From NCBI GenBank assembly GCA_964612155.1, contig CAZTDA010000001.1, positions 1 through 32,820 on the forward strand: a stretch of DNA of 32,820 bases, read 5' to 3'. The notes beneath the pieces were generated by a model. That model saw nothing but the letters and a program-made list of their open reading frames with translations. It was not told the origin of the DNA and made no database searches. Within the stretch, counting starts at the first letter, position 1. Each line of letters starts with the position of its first letter. This document shows, in pieces, positions 24,338 to 32,820 of the stretch. The stretch is from an uncultured Eubacteriales bacterium. Lineage in GTDB: Bacteria; Bacillota; Clostridia; Oscillospirales; JAKOTC01. The translations under genes and the position numbers were made by a program.

Positions 24338-26221
24338 TTATTTGTTTTCTTGTTTTTCGTCCCGTTCCAAAAACACCGCTGAGAGCGGGGGTAAAGTCAG
24401 CAAAACGGAATTTTCGAATCCGTGCATCGGTATTTCCTCGGTCTTCACTACGCCGTTATGCCTGCCCGCGCCGAAAAACTGCTCGTCGTCGGTGGTCAGC
24501 ACCTCGCGGTACAATTCCGCTTTCGGAACGCCGATTCGGTAATTCTCATGTACGGCGCCCGAAAAATTGAACACGCAGATCAGTTGCTTATCCTGATCTT
24601 TTCGAATAAACGAAATTACATTGTTTTGGCTGTCGTCGGTGGCGATCCAGGCAAAACCATCCCAGCCGAAATCATCTTTGTAAAGCGCCGAATGCGATAA
24701 ATAAAAGGCGTCGAGCGCGGCCTTGCAGCTCTGTAACTTCTTGTGCGCCTCAAAGTCGAGCATAAACCATTCCAACCCTTGAGCAAAGTCCCATTCGCGG
24801 AAAGGCCCGTATTCACAGCCCATAAACATCAGCTTTTTGCCCGGATGCGCCATCATATAGGCCATAAACAATCGGGTGTTTGCAAACTTTTGAAAATAGT
24901 CGCCCGGCATTTTGTCGAGCAGCGATTTTTTGCCGTGCACCACCTCGTCGTGTGAAATCGGCAGAATAAATCGCTCCGAAAACGCGTACATCATCGAAAA
25001 CGTCAGTTTGCTGTGGCTGCCTCCGCGAAAATACGGGTCGATACTCATATACGACAGCGTGTCGTTCATCCAGCCCATGTTCCACTTATAAGAAAATCCC
25101 AGTCCGCCGTCGGCGATATCATGGCTGACTTTGGGAAAACTTGTGGATTCTTCGGCGATCATCATCGTGCCCGGATAAGTGCCCAAAATATGTCCGTTCA
25201 GCGCGCGCAGCAGTTGTATTGCCTCGAGGTTGTGGTTGCCGCCGTGAATATTCGGCATCCACTCTTTGCGCCCGTAGTCCAGATAAAGCATGGCACTAAC
25301 GGCGTCGACGCGGATGCCGTCAAAATGGTAGCGGTTGATCCAGTAATCGACGCTCGAGACCAAAAAGCTGGCGACTTCATTGCGGCCGTAATCAAAATAG
25401 TGCGTGCCCCACTCGGGGCTTTCGCGCTTGCGGGGATCGGCATATTCGTAGCAAAAATCGCCGTCGAATTTATAAAGTCCGCATTCGTCTTTGGGGAAGT
25501 GCGCGCCGACCCAGTCCATGATCACGCCGACTCCGGCTCTGTGGCAGCGGTCGACGAATTCCATCAGCTCGGGCGGCTCGCCGTATCGCGAAGAAGGCGA
25601 AAAATAGCCGGTTGTCTGATATCCCCACGACATATCGAGCGGATATTCCGACAGCGGCATAAATTCGATGTGGGTATACCCCATCTTTTTGACATACGGA
25701 ATCAACTCGTCGGCGAGCTTTTGATAGGAAAAATGATTGCCGTCGGGGTACTGCCGCCACGAGCCCGCGTGCACCTCATAAATATTCAGCGGTGTGTTAA
25801 AAATATTACCTTTTTCACGGCGCTTTGTCCACACCGAATCCCCCCACTTGTAAACGTTGTCGATGGGGTAAAACTTTGATGCGGTATCGGGCCGGGTCTG
25901 GGCGTGAAACGCATATGGGTCGGACTTCAGCACAATGCTTCCGCTGCGCGAGACGACCCGGTATTTATAGCAATCAAATTTTTGAACGCCTTTTATGTAG
26001 CGCTCCCACACGCCGTCGCTGATTTTTTCCATTCTGTCGGCGTCGGGAGACCAGTTGTTAAAATCGCCGACGACCGAAACGGACGAGGCGTTGGGAGCCC
26101 AGACGCGAAACACCGCGCCGGAGTTTAAGAAGTGCGCCCCCAAGAATTCATAAGCCCGGAATTCGCAGCCGGTATGAAAGTCGTTCAGTCGCTTTGTCAG
26201 TTGTGCTGTCCCGTCTTTCAT
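24338..26221 (-). CDS. glgB: 1,4-alpha-glucan branching enzyme (GH13)
   Basis: 627 aa. DWVGAHF, GIRVDAV, MIAEESTSFP, ISHDEVVHGK conserved regions. GGAGGAG sits 8 nt upstream. Confidence 0.95.
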   Translation of the reverse strand: MKDGTAQLTKRLNDFHTGCEFRAYEFLGAHFLNSGAVFRVWAPNASSVSVVGDFNNWSPDADRMEKISDGVWERYIKGVQKFDCYKYRVVSRSGSIVLKSDPYAFHAQTRPDTASKFYPIDNVYKWGDSVWTKRREKGNIFNTPLNIYEVHAGSWRQYPDGNHFSYQKLADELIPYVKKMGYTHIEFMPLSEYPLDMSWGYQTTGYFSPSSRYGEPPELMEFVDRCHRAGVGVIMDWVGAHFPKDECGLYKFDGDFCYEYADPRKRESPEWGTHYFDYGRNEVASFLVSSVDYWINRYHFDGIRVDAVSAMLYLDYGRKEWMPNIHGGNHNLEAIQLLRALNGHILGTYPGTMMIAEESTSFPKVSHDIADGGLGFSYKWNMGWMNDTLSYMSIDPYFRGGSHSKLTFSMMYAFSERFILPISHDEVVHGKKSLLDKMPGDYFQKFANTRLFMAYMMAHPGKKLMFMGCEYGPFREWDFAQGLEWFMLDFEAHKKLQSCKAALDAFYLSHSALYKDDFGWDGFAWIATDDSQNNVISFIRKDQDKQLICVFNFSGAVHENYRIGVPKAELYREVLTTDDEQFFGAGRHNGVVKTEEIPMHGFENSVLLTLPPLSAVFLERDEKQENK

Positions 26222-26256
26222 GCCGCCCGCTCCTCCCGCTCACTGCAATTTATTCC

Positions 26257-26285
26257 AATATATCATTTTCGCCTTTATTTTGCAA
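26257..26285 (-). promoter_or_regulatory. Candidate sigma-A promoter of the glg operon
   Basis: The minus strand reads TTGCAA (26285-26280), 17-nt spacer, TGaTATATT extended -10 (hexamer 26262-26257). This lies about 35 nt upstream of the glgB ATG. Confidence 0.5.
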
Positions 26286-26292
26286 GTACAAA

Positions 26293-27492
26293 TCATGCCG
26301 CCGGGCGTTTTGCAAGCGCCTCCGCCTGCGCCAACATCGTGTCGGCGAACAAGCCGTAGCCGCGTGTCGGATTGTTGACAAAAACATGTGTCACTGCGCC
26401 GATCAGTTTTCCGTTTTGCAAAATCGGACTTCCGCTCATGCCCTGCACGATGCCGCCGGTCAAGGCGAGCAGTTTGGGGTCGGTGACTTCAATAATCAGG
26501 TTGCGCCCGCCCGATTCATCGCTCATATCCACTTTTGAAATTTCAATCTCAAATTGCTGCGGTCCGCTCTCGTCTAAAGTCGAGATAATAGTTGCTTTAC
26601 CGGTCTCGATTTCCTGTCGCATCGCAACCTTGACGGCCTTGCCGTCCGGGCGCTCATAAAGCTGACCGTAAACGCCGTATTCGCTGTTCAGCTCCAGCGA
26701 GCCGATGGTGTCGTTTAAAATGGTGCCCACAAGTTCGCCGGGGGTGCCGGGTTCGCCTTTGACAATCCCGGTAATCTTAGCCGAGGCAATCTCTCCGCCC
26801 GAAATCGGCAAGATTTTTCCGCTCTCAAAATCGCTGATGGGATGTCCCAGTCCTGCATAGATGCCGTCTGAGGGACGGTAAAAAGTCATGGTGCCGATGC
26901 CCGCGCCGCTGTCGCGCACCCACATGCCCGATTTATATTTGCCGTCCTCGCCGCGCTCGGCAACCAAAGTCAGTTCCATGGTGCTGCCGTCGCGCAGCAC
27001 TTTCAGTTTCATTTTTTTGCCGCCGCTGTTTTCAATGATGCGCGCAAGATCTTTGGCGTTGGCCGGTTTTTTGCCGTCGATTTCCAAAATGGAATCCCCG
27101 GGTAAAAGCCCGGCTTTAGACGCGGGCGTTTCCGCTCCGTCCTCTCCGATGCTGACCACGACAATGCCCTCGGTTTTCAGCCGGATGCCGAACGCATCGC
27201 CGACCGAGATCACGGCGTCGTTGTCGACAATGCGCACATCAACCGTTTTGATCGGGACAACGCCCAACATCAATTGTGCCTCATACCCCGAACCGGCGGC
27301 CAGGGTCGTTACCGCCGCGTTCGTTTTCAACGACAGCCGCCCGTCCGAAAACGGTGCGCCGCCCGCCGTCATATAAAATACGTCGGGATACGATCCCGCG
27401 CATAGGCAGATGGTGCACATCAGCACCAACACCGCCGCCGAAGCTCCTCCCGCAAATCTCCGAACCATTTTTCTCACGTCAAAATTATTCAT
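26293..27492 (-). CDS. spoIVB: SpoIVB peptidase (S55), sporulation signalling protease
   Basis: 399 aa. N-terminal TM anchor, PDZ-like region (GLLPGDSILEIDGK), GIGTMTFY...YAGLGHPISD, GMSGSPIL. Confidence 0.92.
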   Translation of the reverse strand: MNNFDVRKMVRRFAGGASAAVLVLMCTICLCAGSYPDVFYMTAGGAPFSDGRLSLKTNAAVTTLAAGSGYEAQLMLGVVPIKTVDVRIVDNDAVISVGDAFGIRLKTEGIVVVSIGEDGAETPASKAGLLPGDSILEIDGKKPANAKDLARIIENSGGKKMKLKVLRDGSTMELTLVAERGEDGKYKSGMWVRDSGAGIGTMTFYRPSDGIYAGLGHPISDFESGKILPISGGEIASAKITGIVKGEPGTPGELVGTILNDTIGSLELNSEYGVYGQLYERPDGKAVKVAMRQEIETGKATIISTLDESGPQQFEIEISKVDMSDESGGRNLIIEVTDPKLLALTGGIVQGMSGSPILQNGKLIGAVTHVFVNNPTRGYGLFADTMLAQAEALAKRPAA

Positions 27493-27631
27493 ATAAAAAT
27501 TGTCCCCTCAGGTTTCGGGGACATCCTTCCATCCCTGTTTTTGCGGTCTTTGTAAAAAGAACCGTGCTTCTATTGTCAGCCGGGTTATTCGGAATATGAG
27601 TGAAAATATTTGATAAATTTCATCCCTTTTA

Positions 27632-27660
27632 TAGATTTTTGAATGCTGCCGTGGTATAAT
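27632..27660 (+). promoter_or_regulatory. Candidate extended -10 promoter for the M16 peptidase pair
   Basis: TGgTATAAT (27652-27660) with a weak -35 TAGATT (27632-27637) at 17-nt spacing. Confidence 0.35.
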
Positions 27661-27774
27661 AACGCTTACGGTAACTTTCTGGATTTCGGGGGAAAATTTT
27701 TAAAAAACCCGGCGGAATTTCCTATCACCTATTTGACCAAATCGTTAAAGAAACGGGAAAGGATGTCACAAAAC

Positions 27775-29034
27775 ATGTCCGAAACAAAACCGGAACGCAT
27801 CGCCGACGGGGTCTTTTTTACATCGATTCAAAATCATTTTTTTAAGACGGTGCGCATTTCCGTCAATTTTGTCCTTCCGCTCAATAAGGCAACGGCCGCA
27901 CAAAACGCGGTGCTGCCCTTTATTTTGTGCCGCGGAAAAGATTTTACTGCCACCAAACGCCGACTGGAAAATCTTTTCGGTGCGCAGCTGAGTCCACGCG
28001 TACAAAAAGTCGCCGACCGGCAGGTGCTTTCCATCGATCTCGAGCTGGTCAAGTCCGAATATGCCAAAAAAGATCTGCTGCCCGAAGCGGCTGACTTGCT
28101 GTGCGAGCTCATCACCGATCCGCCCGTTCATCGCGGCGCGTTTTTAAAAGCCGATACGGAAGCCGAAAAGCAAAATGTCTGCGGCTTGATTTTAGCGGAG
28201 CAAAACGACAAGCGTACGCTTGCGGTCAAACGCTGCACAGCCCTCATGTTTGACGGACAACCCTACGGGCTTGATAAATACGGCGAACTCGATCAATTTG
28301 CCGCCATCGACGGCAAAACGCTGGTTCAAGCGTGGAAAAATATGCTCAAAACCGCCGTTATCCAAATTATCTACATCGGCAGCGACGGCAGCGAAAATCT
28401 GAAAAAAATCTTTTCCGAGCGGTTCGGCGGCAAACGTCAGCCGGTCTCGTTTGAAGCGGTTCAAGCGCCCGAGCCCTGCGAGGAATACGGCGAGGTCGAG
28501 GAGCGCATGAACATCACCCAGGCCAAGCTGATCATGGGCTACCGCACCACCCGACTGCTGCCCGGCGATTTAAAGGCGTTCGAAGTCATGCGTTCGCTGT
28601 TCGGCGGCTCAACCACTTCTAAGTTGTTTACCAATGTGCGCGAAAAGCTCAGCTTGTGCTATTACTGCGCCGCCATTTATAATAAATTTTTGGGTCTTTT
28701 GATGGTCGACAGCGGCGTGCTCGAAGAAAACGTCGAAAAAGCCCGCGAAGCCATCGACGCCCAACTCAAAGCCATTGCCGACGGCGATTTTTCCGACACC
28801 GATGTCGCGGGCGCAAAGCTCTATTTGCAAAACGTCTACCGCACCACCGAGGGCTCTCTGCATCAGCTCACGGCCTATTGGCTTTCCGAAATATTAGCCG
28901 ATACCATGCGTTCCCCCGACAGCGCGGCGGATTCGTTTGACGAGGTCACCCGCGCACAGATCATCGACGCGGCAAAGAGCTGCTGGCTCGACACGGTCTA
29001 TCTGCTGGCCGGCAACAAGGAGGTCAAGAATTAA
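27775..29034 (+). CDS. M16-family peptidase-like protein lacking the HxxEH zinc motif (non-catalytic partner)
   Basis: Start chosen at the ATG at 27775 (GAAAGGA upstream). Alternatives are 27763 and the track start at 27643, which would overlap the promoter. Insulinase-like length and layout, but the HxxEH position reads ...NAVLPFILCRG. Confidence 0.75.
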   Translation: MSETKPERIADGVFFTSIQNHFFKTVRISVNFVLPLNKATAAQNAVLPFILCRGKDFTATKRRLENLFGAQLSPRVQKVADRQVLSIDLELVKSEYAKKDLLPEAADLLCELITDPPVHRGAFLKADTEAEKQNVCGLILAEQNDKRTLAVKRCTALMFDGQPYGLDKYGELDQFAAIDGKTLVQAWKNMLKTAVIQIIYIGSDGSENLKKIFSERFGGKRQPVSFEAVQAPEPCEEYGEVEERMNITQAKLIMGYRTTRLLPGDLKAFEVMRSLFGGSTTSKLFTNVREKLSLCYYCAAIYNKFLGLLMVDSGVLEENVEKAREAIDAQLKAIADGDFSDTDVAGAKLYLQNVYRTTEGSLHQLTAYWLSEILADTMRSPDSAADSFDEVTRAQIIDAAKSCWLDTVYLLAGNKEVKN

Positions 29035-29035
29035 T

Positions 29036-30307
29036 ATGATTTATCAGAGTAAAATCTTAAACGAGACCACCGAAATTCTCAGCCATCGCAGCGGCCTGAC
29101 GGTCATTTTGTGCCAAAAACCCGGCGCGGTCAGCAACTATGCGGGTTTTTGCGCTAAATACGGCTCAATCGACACCCGTTTTATGGTCAAGGGCGATGAC
29201 GGCTATACTGATATTGTGGACGGTGTCGCGCACTTTTTGGAGCACAAGCTCTTCGAGAGCGAGCAGGGCGACGCGTTCACGCTGTTTGCAAAAACCGGCG
29301 CAAGCGCCAATGCCGCCACCTCATTTGATAAGACCAATTACTATTTTACAACCACCCGTAATTTTTACGAAGCCCTCAAAATTCTGCTCGACTTTGTCAC
29401 CCACCCCTATTTTTCCGAGCACACCATCGCCAAAGAGCAGGGCATCATCGGGCAGGAAATTAAGATGTATGACGATCTGCCCGGCTGGCGGGTCTATTTC
29501 AACTTTTTGGGCGCGCTTTATAAAAACAGTACCGTCAAAATCGACATCGGCGGCAGCATCGAAAGCATCTCGAAAATCACCCCGGCGCTGCTCAATAAAA
29601 TCTATTCGGCCTTTTATTCGCTGCGCAACATGGCGCTGGTTGTCGCGGGCGATTTTGAACGTGAAAAGGTGCTCACGCTGTGCGACGAATGTCTTGCTTT
29701 TGCGCCCGAACTCGAAATTGTGCGCGACGAAAAGCCCGAGCCGCCCGAGGTTGTCAAGAATTTTGTCAACCAGCAGCTCGAGGTCGTAATGCCGTTGTTC
29801 CAGTGCGGTTATAAACTGCGCAAACCAGCCGCCAAAGAGGAACCCGTCTATTTCGCGGCAGGCGAAGCACTGTGCGAATTGGCCATCGGCGAGGGCTCGA
29901 CGCTCTACCGCGAACTCTATGACGCCGGTTTAATCAACTCCAATTTCGGGGGCGGTCTCGACGGCAGCCGCGGTCATTGCTGCCTGATTTTCGGCGGTGA
30001 AAGCCCCGACCCGGAAACAGTCGCCTCAAAGCTCAAAGTCGCTTTTACAGCCCTTGCAAAAGGCATCTCGGACGAGGATTTTTTACGCGTCAAGTCCAAG
30101 CTCTGCGGGCGCATTTTGAATCAATACAACACCCCCGTCGGCGCGGGCCGAATCGCCAACGAGGCCTTTTTCTCGGGCGTCGCACCGTTTGACCATGCCG
30201 AGGCCTATTTCAATCTCAAAAAATCCGATGTCGAAAAAATGCTTGCAAAAGAAGTGGACGAGCGCCGTTTTGCGCTGTCCACCGTCACGGGCTTCGATAA
30301 ACAATAA
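29036..30307 (+). CDS. M16-family zinc metallopeptidase (HxxEH present)
   Basis: ATG at 29036 (MIYQSKILNE...) after AAGGAGG, 2 nt past the preceding stop. The track start at 28937 is an overlap artefact. Contains VAHFLEHKLFE and a downstream EQGIIGQE. Confidence 0.85.
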   Translation: MIYQSKILNETTEILSHRSGLTVILCQKPGAVSNYAGFCAKYGSIDTRFMVKGDDGYTDIVDGVAHFLEHKLFESEQGDAFTLFAKTGASANAATSFDKTNYYFTTTRNFYEALKILLDFVTHPYFSEHTIAKEQGIIGQEIKMYDDLPGWRVYFNFLGALYKNSTVKIDIGGSIESISKITPALLNKIYSAFYSLRNMALVVAGDFEREKVLTLCDECLAFAPELEIVRDEKPEPPEVVKNFVNQQLEVVMPLFQCGYKLRKPAAKEEPVYFAAGEALCELAIGEGSTLYRELYDAGLINSNFGGGLDGSRGHCCLIFGGESPDPETVASKLKVAFTALAKGISDEDFLRVKSKLCGRILNQYNTPVGAGRIANEAFFSGVAPFDHAEAYFNLKKSDVEKMLAKEVDERRFALSTVTGFDKQ

Positions 30308-30433
30308 CAACCGGCGCACAACAAGATTTGCTAAATCATTTGTTCTCCATCACGGGCACACAATATACGTTTATAATACCTCCATCATAAGTTGGGCAAA
30401 AAGGCGCTTTATTGCCCGAAAGGATGAAGAAAA

Positions 30434-31678
30434 ATGTCAGAAAACTGGATTTCGTTCCCCAATCTCAATCTCACCTTCAATCTCAACCCCGTTGCCTTCA
30501 CCGTCGGAACTTATGAAGTCAAATGGAGCATGATTTTCTCTGTCATTGCGGTCGCTGTCGGAATCATTCTCTATATTAAAGCGATATCCAATCAAAAACA
30601 GGAGTTGGGGAAAAAGCAGATTGCGGCAGTCACGGCGATCACGGCGTTTTTTGCACTGGTCGGCGCACGCCTTTTCTTCGTTGTTCCCCAAAATCTCTGG
30701 ATCATGGATCAATTCTATCAATTCAACGGGAATTATCCGGATGAGGGATATTACAACACGTTTTATAAGTTCATCGCCTTTTTTGATAAAGATTATACGG
30801 GGCTCAATTTGTACGGCGGATTGATTTTCGGTTTAATTGCACTTGCAATCATCTGCAAACTCAAAAAGTATCCGTTAGCCAAATATCTCGACAGCTTGGT
30901 CTATGCGCTGCCCGCTTCTTTTGCCATTAATGCAGTCGGATACATAACCGAACAGAGTTCCTTCGGTCAGCACAGCGATTCCCTGTTGGCCATCAACGGC
31001 AGCCACATTGAGTCGTTGGTCTATGATCTTTTTCAAAGTTCGGTCGTACGCGGCGCCCCCGCCGTCGGTCCGAATGTCAAGTGGGTAGTAGGAAAACCGG
31101 TCTCTCCCACACCGATTTATGAAATTCTGGGCTGCATCGCCATCATCCTTCTTGTATATCTGCTCTCAAAATTCATTCTTTTCACCGGCGAAAAATTCCT
31201 GTGGTCATTCGGACTTTACGGGCTGCTGCGCGCTTTGACCGAGAGTTCACGCATCGACGCGCTGTTATTTTGGAACATGCGCGTCAATGTGCTGTTCTCG
31301 ATTGCCGCAACTGTCATTTGCGTATTGCTGGTTTTTATCATCCGCTGGCAGGTTCGGGAAGGCCGTCTGCGCAATGTCTCTCGATATGTGGACCCGCATA
31401 AAAACGACGGCTTCGAAAATGATACATTTTACCAAAAGGTCTATAAAGGCGAAAGCACCGAAACCCCGGTCATTGCCGATGAAAATAATCATAACGATGA
31501 TAACGCGGGAACTGAATTCGATGTTGAAACACCCGATACCAAACCGGGTCAAAGCGAGGCACCCGAAACACCGGATGCGAAATTCGAACAATCGGAGGGC
31601 ACCGGTCAGGTATGGACTTCCGAGGATACCGCACAAGGTGATACCGCAGAAAACAATTCCGCCCAAGACAATCAATAA
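30434..31678 (+). CDS. Lgt-like (prolipoprotein diacylglyceryl transferase family) membrane protein with a divergent active-site motif and an acidic C-terminal tail
   Basis: 414 aa. The layout is collinear with Lgt: LNPVAFTVG..VKWS, VGARLFF, LYGGLIFG, AINAVGYITEQSSFG, PTPIYEILG, LYGLLRALTESSRIDA. The last ~90 aa are a D/E/T/N-rich low-complexity tail. Confidence 0.65.
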   Translation: MSENWISFPNLNLTFNLNPVAFTVGTYEVKWSMIFSVIAVAVGIILYIKAISNQKQELGKKQIAAVTAITAFFALVGARLFFVVPQNLWIMDQFYQFNGNYPDEGYYNTFYKFIAFFDKDYTGLNLYGGLIFGLIALAIICKLKKYPLAKYLDSLVYALPASFAINAVGYITEQSSFGQHSDSLLAINGSHIESLVYDLFQSSVVRGAPAVGPNVKWVVGKPVSPTPIYEILGCIAIILLVYLLSKFILFTGEKFLWSFGLYGLLRALTESSRIDALLFWNMRVNVLFSIAATVICVLLVFIIRWQVREGRLRNVSRYVDPHKNDGFENDTFYQKVYKGESTETPVIADENNHNDDNAGTEFDVETPDTKPGQSEAPETPDAKFEQSEGTGQVWTSEDTAQGDTAENNSAQDNQ

Positions 31679-31706
31679 CTAAAATAACCCCCAACAGGAG
31701 GAACAA

Positions 31707-32558
31707 ATGGCGATACTCATTGACGGAAAAACCCTGGCCGCAAAAGTAAAAGGAGAAGTGGCGCGTGACGCCGAACTTTTGCGGTCCAAAGGCATTACCC
31801 CCTGTCTAGCCGTGATCCTGGTCGGAGAGGACTCCGCTTCACAGATTTATGTGCGCAACAAGAAAAAGGCCTGCGAAGAAAACGGGATCGCATCGCGCTC
31901 TTTTGAACTGCCCGAAAACACCTGTGAAGCCGAGGTGCTTGAACTCGTCGCCGAGCTCAACGCCGATCCCACCGTCGACGGCATTTTAATTCAACAGCCC
32001 CTGCCCAAACATCTTGACCCGCTCAAGCTGATGGAATCGGTCGACCCCAAAAAGGATGTCGACTGCCTCACCAATGACAGCTGCGGGCGTCTGATGTCGG
32101 GCAGGCCGTGTTTTTTACCTTGCACCCCCGCGGGCATCATGCGGATGTTAGAAGAATACAACATCTCCGTCGCGGGCAAAAACTGCGTCGTTGTCGGACG
32201 CAGCGGCATTGTAGGCCGCCCGATGGCGATGATGCTGCTGTGGCAAAACGGCACGGTCACGGTCTGCCATTCCAAGACCAAAGACCTTGCCGCCGAATGC
32301 CGACGCGCCGATATTTTAGTGGTTGCGACCGGTAAGCGCGATCTGGTCACCGCCGATATGGTAAAGGACGGCTGCGTCGTCATCGATGTCGGCATGAACC
32401 GAGACGAAAACGGCAAACTGCACGGCGATGTCGATTTTGTAAATATTGAGCCAAAGGCCTATGCCATCACACCGGTACCGGGGGGTGTCGGTCCGATGAC
32501 CATTGCCATGCTGCTGCAAAACACCATCACTTCCGCAAAAATGCGCGACCAAAGATAA
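31707..32558 (+). CDS. folD: Bifunctional methylenetetrahydrofolate dehydrogenase / methenyltetrahydrofolate cyclohydrolase
   Basis: 283 aa. ILVGEDSASQIYVRNKKKA, ILIQQPLP, VVVGRSGIVGRPMA, PVPGGVGPMT. AGGAGG RBS. Confidence 0.95.
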   Translation: MAILIDGKTLAAKVKGEVARDAELLRSKGITPCLAVILVGEDSASQIYVRNKKKACEENGIASRSFELPENTCEAEVLELVAELNADPTVDGILIQQPLPKHLDPLKLMESVDPKKDVDCLTNDSCGRLMSGRPCFLPCTPAGIMRMLEEYNISVAGKNCVVVGRSGIVGRPMAMMLLWQNGTVTVCHSKTKDLAAECRRADILVVATGKRDLVTADMVKDGCVVIDVGMNRDENGKLHGDVDFVNIEPKAYAITPVPGGVGPMTIAMLLQNTITSAKMRDQR

Positions 32559-32598
32559 ACGTATTCATATAACATAAACAGAGAGGGTGTCATTCAGG

Positions 32599-32820
32599 AT
32601 GAAAAGAACAAGAGCCGTTCTTGCTTTTTTATTGGGGCTCATCATGCTCGCGGGCTGCACAAACCCTGCCGTCTCCACGCAATCCACGCCTTCATCTCCG
32701 GGGGTGACGGTTCCGACCGTCATCGAAAACCCAACTTCCATCACAATCACCAATCAAAACTTTTTTGACGGCAAGGACAGCGCGCAAAAAACCGAATGGC
32801 TGACAACCCTGGGCCAAAGC
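32599..32820 (+). CDS. Lipoprotein, 5' partial (runs off the window end)
   Basis: Absent from the ORF track because no stop is reached. ATG at 32599, open in frame for 74 codons to 32820. MKRTRAVLAFLLGLIMLAGC lipobox. Confidence 0.6.
   Translation, partial: MKRTRAVLAFLLGLIMLAGCTNPAVSTQSTPSSPGVTVPTVIENPTSITITNQNFFDGKDSAQKTEWLTTLGQS

Noticed and set aside
15080-27492. Strand-switch points (3455-3682, about 15040, about 27560) as replication origin or terminus markers, or a dif site.
   Set aside because: No DnaA-box clusters or dif-like 28-mer were seen. Strand blocks of this size are common and the window is too short to assess skew.
27493-27640. Sigma-F or sigma-G promoter for spoIVB.
   Set aside because: I looked for GHATR-17/18-CATxHTA on the minus strand. 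Only poor partial matches appeared (e.g. CATATTC without a properly spaced -35), so no call was made.
27643-27774. Extended N-terminus of the first M16 gene (track start 27643).
   Set aside because: It would overlap the TGgTATAAT promoter-like element, and the extension (MLPWYNNAYGNFLDFGG...) looks non-homologous. An ATG at 27775 with an upstream GAAAGGA is preferred, although 27763 remains possible.

Overview
The window reads as chromosomal DNA from a spore-forming Clostridia-class Firmicute. Support: spoIVB, a glgB-C-D-A glycogen operon, GGAGG-type ribosome-binding sites, Gram-positive lipoboxes, and roughly mid-50s %GC by eye. I call 30 protein-coding genes in four strand blocks: minus 227-3454, plus 3683-14995, minus 15080-27492, plus 27775-32820. 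Many junctions are 4-14 nt start/stop overlaps. I saw no rRNA, tRNA, CRISPR array, transposase, integrase or phage genes.

Recognisable housekeeping genes:
- rnhA
- a NitT/TauT-type ABC importer
- a PadR/DUF1700 pair
- two SDR oxidoreductases
- the trmB / Cys-rich protein / dusB operon
- glgBCDA
- spoIVB
- an M16 peptidase pair
- folD

Items worth a second look:
1. A VTC-domain (polyphosphate-polymerase-like) / DUF4956 membrane protein / Cthe_2159-like beta-helix lipoprotein operon. It is divergent from an OmpR-type two-component operon whose leader carries an intrinsic terminator.
2. A 959-aa cytoplasmic protein with no family I can name, bracketed by repeat elements.
3. Three interleaved intergenic repeat types. 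These are an AT-rich GTAAAGT-word family with 37-nt identical copies, GTAGG-headed hairpins including a perfect 24-bp inverted doublet (REP/REPIN-like), and a 142-bp element with 24-bp inverted termini sitting between glgD and glgA.
4. An Lgt-like membrane protein in which several catalytic-motif residues appear substituted, with an acidic tail.
5. A CxxCxxCC-type Cys-rich protein translationally coupled between two tRNA-modification genes.

All family assignments come from motif recognition by eye. No database search or folding calculation was run.
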